Source of the DNA: Bdellovibrionales bacterium
GTDB lineage: Bacteria > Bdellovibrionota > Bdellovibrionia > Bdellovibrionales > DASUEL01
Reading direction: 5' to 3'
Assembly: GCA_050250255.1 (NCBI GenBank)
Contig: JBFWOZ010000053.1
Span: forward strand, 1 to 17,768
Length of the DNA stretch: 17,768 nt
A program made the translations under genes and the position numbers. The notes beneath the pieces are model-generated. The model searched no databases and was not told where the DNA came from. It saw only the letters and a list, made by a program, of their open reading frames with translations. Shown here one piece after another: positions 14,545 to 17,768 of this stretch (positions are counted from its first letter, which is position 1; each line of letters begins with the position of its first letter).

Positions 14545-16278
14545 ATGTCTGCAGCAAAAAAAATTGGTGAATTATTGGTTCAAGAAAATGTGATTAAGCT
14601 AGACCAGCTTGAAAAAGCAAAGGTTGAGCAAAAGAGCAACGGTGGACGGTTAGGTGCGGCTCTTGTGAAGTTAGGTTATGTAAAAGAAACCGACCTTGCA
14701 GAGTTTGTATCAAAGCAATATCAAATTCCATCTATCGATTTGAGTTCTTTCGAAATTGATCCTGAAATTGTAAAGCTTATTCCAAAAGAAGTTTGTGAAA
14801 AACATCTCGTTTTTCCAGTTTCAAAAGCGGGAGATACTCTCGTTGTCGCGATGGCGGATCCAGGAAATATCTTTGTTCGTGATGATTTGCGTTTTGTGAC
14901 TCGCATGAAGATCGAAGTTGTAGTTGCTGCAGAAACAGCAATTGTGAAAATCATTGAGCAACATTACGGTCGAAAAGTTCAAATGGACAGCATCATTAAC
15001 GAGCTTGAAAAAGAAGATGCCAAAAATAAAACCCAAGTGAATTCACGTTCTGGTGCCGCCATGAACATGGGACCCGTCGTAGAAATCGTGGATAGTGGTG
15101 GAAAAGATGACGCTCCCGTTATTAAGTTTGTAAATGCCATGTTGACTGAAGCCGTTAAAACTCAATCTTCCGATATCCATCTTGAGCCGTATGAAAAACG
15201 ATTCCGTGTCAGATTTCGTATTGACGGTGTGCTCTACGAACGTTTGCAGCCACCTGCAAATATGGCCTCAGCTATTTTGAGTCGTATTAAAATTATGTCG
15301 CAATTGGATATAGCTGAACGACGCCGCCCTCAAGATGGACGTATGAAAATTCGCACCAAGGCAGGGCAAGATATTGATTTTCGGGTAAGTGTCCTTCCGA
15401 CTCTTTTTGGCGAAAAAATTGTGATGCGTTTACTCGATAAAAGCAATCTCCAACTAGACATGACAAAGCTTGGATTTACCGAACGTCAGCTCCAAATATT
15501 TAAAGAGGCCATCGCCTTGCCTCATGGAATGGTGCTGGTCACTGGACCAACGGGCAGCGGTAAATCGACAACTATTTATTCAGCCCTTATGGAGCTGAAT
15601 AAGGCAGATACGAATATTTCTACTGCGGAAGATCCGGTGGAATTTAACTTAGAGGGGATCAATCAAGTACAGATGAATGCGGATGTGGATCTGACTTTTG
15701 CGAGCGCTTTGAAGAGTTTTCTCCGCCAAGATCCTGATGTGATTATGGTGGGGGAGATTCGTGACTTCGACACGGCTGAGATTGCAATCAAAGCCGCGCT
15801 CACAGGCCATTTGGTGGTGAGTACTCTCCATACAAACGATGCTCCTAGTAGTATCTATCGACTCTTAAATATGGGTGCAGAACCTTTCCTTGTAGGGTCA
15901 GTTTTGACTTGTATCGTGGCTCAGCGACTTATGAGACAGATATGCTTACACTGCAAAGAAGAGATAAAAGTGGAGCCTGATGTTTTGATAAAAGCAGGAT
16001 TTGATGCTGCGGAAATTCCAAACCTACATATTATGAAGGGCAAAGGATGCTCCCAATGTAATGAAATTGGATACAGGGGTCGCGTTGCAGTATATGAAGT
16101 GCTAAGATTTACTGACAAGCTAAAGCAAGGTATCCTACATGGTGTAACTCCATTAGAGTTGAAAAAGTTAGCCATTGAAGATGGTATGACAACTTTAAGA
16201 ACGAGTGCTTTAGAGCGTGTTCGAAGTGGTGTTTCGACAATCGAAGAAGCCATGGAAACGACGGCTCCAGATAAATAG
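14545..16278 (+). CDS. pilB: Type IV pilus assembly ATPase PilB
   Basis: MshEN-like N-terminus, SDIHLEP, LDIAERRRPQDGR, Walker A GPTGSGKS, EDPVE, LRQDPDVIMVGEIRD, TLHTND, CLHC/CSQC Zn motif. Start set at ATG 14545 (AAGGAG at 14533-14538) rather than 14521. Confidence 0.97.
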   Translation: MSAAKKIGELLVQENVIKLDQLEKAKVEQKSNGGRLGAALVKLGYVKETDLAEFVSKQYQIPSIDLSSFEIDPEIVKLIPKEVCEKHLVFPVSKAGDTLVVAMADPGNIFVRDDLRFVTRMKIEVVVAAETAIVKIIEQHYGRKVQMDSIINELEKEDAKNKTQVNSRSGAAMNMGPVVEIVDSGGKDDAPVIKFVNAMLTEAVKTQSSDIHLEPYEKRFRVRFRIDGVLYERLQPPANMASAILSRIKIMSQLDIAERRRPQDGRMKIRTKAGQDIDFRVSVLPTLFGEKIVMRLLDKSNLQLDMTKLGFTERQLQIFKEAIALPHGMVLVTGPTGSGKSTTIYSALMELNKADTNISTAEDPVEFNLEGINQVQMNADVDLTFASALKSFLRQDPDVIMVGEIRDFDTAEIAIKAALTGHLVVSTLHTNDAPSSIYRLLNMGAEPFLVGSVLTCIVAQRLMRQICLHCKEEIKVEPDVLIKAGFDAAEIPNLHIMKGKGCSQCNEIGYRGRVAVYEVLRFTDKLKQGILHGVTPLELKKLAIEDGMTTLRTSALERVRSGVSTIEEAMETTAPDK

Positions 16279-16302
16279 TCTTAGACTAAGGAGAATTTAA
16301 GG

Positions 16303-17370
16303 ATGAATCATCTCCGCCAACTTTTAAAAGTGGCCATTGAACAAGGGGCTTCGGATATTCACATTACATCCGGTGCTCCTCCGCTTCTGCGTATTGATGG
16401 TAGCCTTGTAAAAGTACGTTCAGCAGACTTAGAGCCCGCTGAAACCAAGGAGCTTTGCTACTCTCTTTTGACAGAAGAGCAAAAAAGTCGCTTTGAAGAG
16501 ACCAAAGAATTAGATTTTAGTTTTGGAATTAAAGGTCTTGCGCGATTTCGTGCGAACATGTTTTATCAAAGAGGTACCGTTGCGGCGGCCGTTCGTCGTA
16601 TTCCAGTAGAAATTCCTGATTACAAAACTTTGGGGCTTCCGCAGATGGTGGGAGATTTCACTCACTATCATAATGGTCTGGTGTTGGTTACGGGTCCTAC
16701 GGGTTCTGGGAAAACCACAACTTTGGCTTCACTGATTGATAAAATTAATACCGAAGAGCGGGGTCATATCATTACGATTGAAGATCCCATTGAATATATC
16801 CACGCACATAAAAAATGTATCGTGAATCAACGAGAAATTGGGTACGACACCTGGGCCTTTAAATCCGCATTGAAGTATGTACTTAGGCAAGATCCCGATT
16901 ATTGTCTAATCGGCGAGATGCGCGATCTTGAGACGATTGAGACTGCGTTAACGGTTGCGGAGACGGGCCATTTGGTTTTTGGAACGCTTCATACCAATTC
17001 CGCCATTCAAACCATTAATCGTATCGTTTCGGTATTTGATGGTGGGCAAAGAGATCGTATTCGAACGCTTTTAAGTTTTGTTCTTCAAGGAATTGTTTCT
17101 CAAAGACTGATTCCCGGAATTGATGGTGGTCGAGTATTAGCCGTTGAAATTCTAGTTTTAACTCCGGCAATCCGTAACCTTATTCGCGAAGATAAGCTGC
17201 ATCAAATTTATGGTGTTATGCAAACGGGCCAAAATCGTACAGGCATGATGACCATGAACCAGTCTCTTATGAATTTATTAATGAAAAGAAAAATTGATAT
17301 GAAGCGAGCCTTTGAGGCAAGCCCTGAGCCTGAAGAGTTAGATGCGCTCCTTAAGAAAGCGGGGATCTAA
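16303..17370 (+). CDS. pilT: Type IV pilus retraction ATPase PilT
   Basis: ASDIHI, GPTGSGKTTT, EDPIEY, GEMRDLET, TLHTNSA, diagnostic AIRNLIRE; AAGGAG upstream. Confidence 0.97.
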   Translation: MNHLRQLLKVAIEQGASDIHITSGAPPLLRIDGSLVKVRSADLEPAETKELCYSLLTEEQKSRFEETKELDFSFGIKGLARFRANMFYQRGTVAAAVRRIPVEIPDYKTLGLPQMVGDFTHYHNGLVLVTGPTGSGKTTTLASLIDKINTEERGHIITIEDPIEYIHAHKKCIVNQREIGYDTWAFKSALKYVLRQDPDYCLIGEMRDLETIETALTVAETGHLVFGTLHTNSAIQTINRIVSVFDGGQRDRIRTLLSFVLQGIVSQRLIPGIDGGRVLAVEILVLTPAIRNLIREDKLHQIYGVMQTGQNRTGMMTMNQSLMNLLMKRKIDMKRAFEASPEPEELDALLKKAGI

Positions 17371-17372
17371 CG

Positions 17373-17768
17373 ATGCCCATATTTGCCTTTCAAGCTAAAC
17401 AGATGGATGGTCGTGGGGTCAAAGGAGAGATTGAAGCCTCCAGTGAAGTTGAAGCTCGCGTAAAAATCCGTGCTCAGCAAATGATTCCCATTAAAGTTGT
17501 TGCAAGTAATGGGGCGGGTGGTGGCACAAGCTTAGGCAATATGTTTTCCGGCAAAGGTGGAGTCTCTGGTCTTCTGATCCCAAAAGTAAAAACTAAGGAT
17601 TTAAAAGTGTTCACGAGACAATTTGCGACTCTTATTAACTCCGGTGTGGCCGTTGTTCAAAGTCTGGAGTTACTCGAAAGATCGAGTTCAAATCCCACTT
17701 TAAAATTGTGTCTCACTAAAATTCGCCAAGATATCTCTATGGGAAAAAAGCTCGCGGACAGCATGGCG
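17373..17768 (+). CDS. pilC: Type IV pilus inner-membrane platform protein PilC (5' part, truncated by the window end)
   Basis: Not in the ORF track. Manual translation from ATG 17373 is open to the window end: MPIFAFQAKQMDGRGVKGEIEA...KVKTKDLKVFTRQFATLINSGVAVVQSLELL...ISMGKKLADSMA, with a T2SSF/PilC FTRQ.ATL..SG motif; follows pilT. Confidence 0.93.
   Translation, partial: MPIFAFQAKQMDGRGVKGEIEASSEVEARVKIRAQQMIPIKVVASNGAGGGTSLGNMFSGKGGVSGLLIPKVKTKDLKVFTRQFATLINSGVAVVQSLELLERSSSNPTLKLCLTKIRQDISMGKKLADSMA

Noticed and set aside
670..16253. Numerous 60-152 aa antisense or alternative-frame ORFs inside the main genes
   Set aside because: All overlap well-conserved genes and show no motifs or RBS; consistent with shadow ORFs.

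Overview
Bacterial chromosomal window; gene content and order suggest a Bdellovibrionota/deltaproteobacterial-type organism (inference). It has three blocks. (1) A + strand envelope cluster: bamA-skp-fabZ-lpxA-Gfo/Idh/MocA oxidoreductase (gnnA-like)-lpxB-lpxK-lipid A late acyltransferase-DUF3108-like lipoprotein-two GT9 heptosyltransferase-like genes. (2) A - strand pair: ribF and a shikimate dehydrogenase homologue that has lost its catalytic motifs. (3) The start of a + strand type IV pilus locus: pilB-pilT-pilC (pilC truncated). The most unusual feature is the 530-bp gap between blocks 1 and 2 (12072-12601). It holds two inverted copies of a long hairpin element that share a conserved asymmetric, kink-turn-like core. 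Their outer stems differ in sequence but are fully paired, their stem mismatches are G-U compatible on one strand only, and their apical inserts are unrelated. This is a candidate structured RNA or ssDNA repeat family. Also notable are two candidate leaderless-mRNA promoters and gnnA without an adjacent gnnB. All calls come from motif recognition by eye; no database searches were run.
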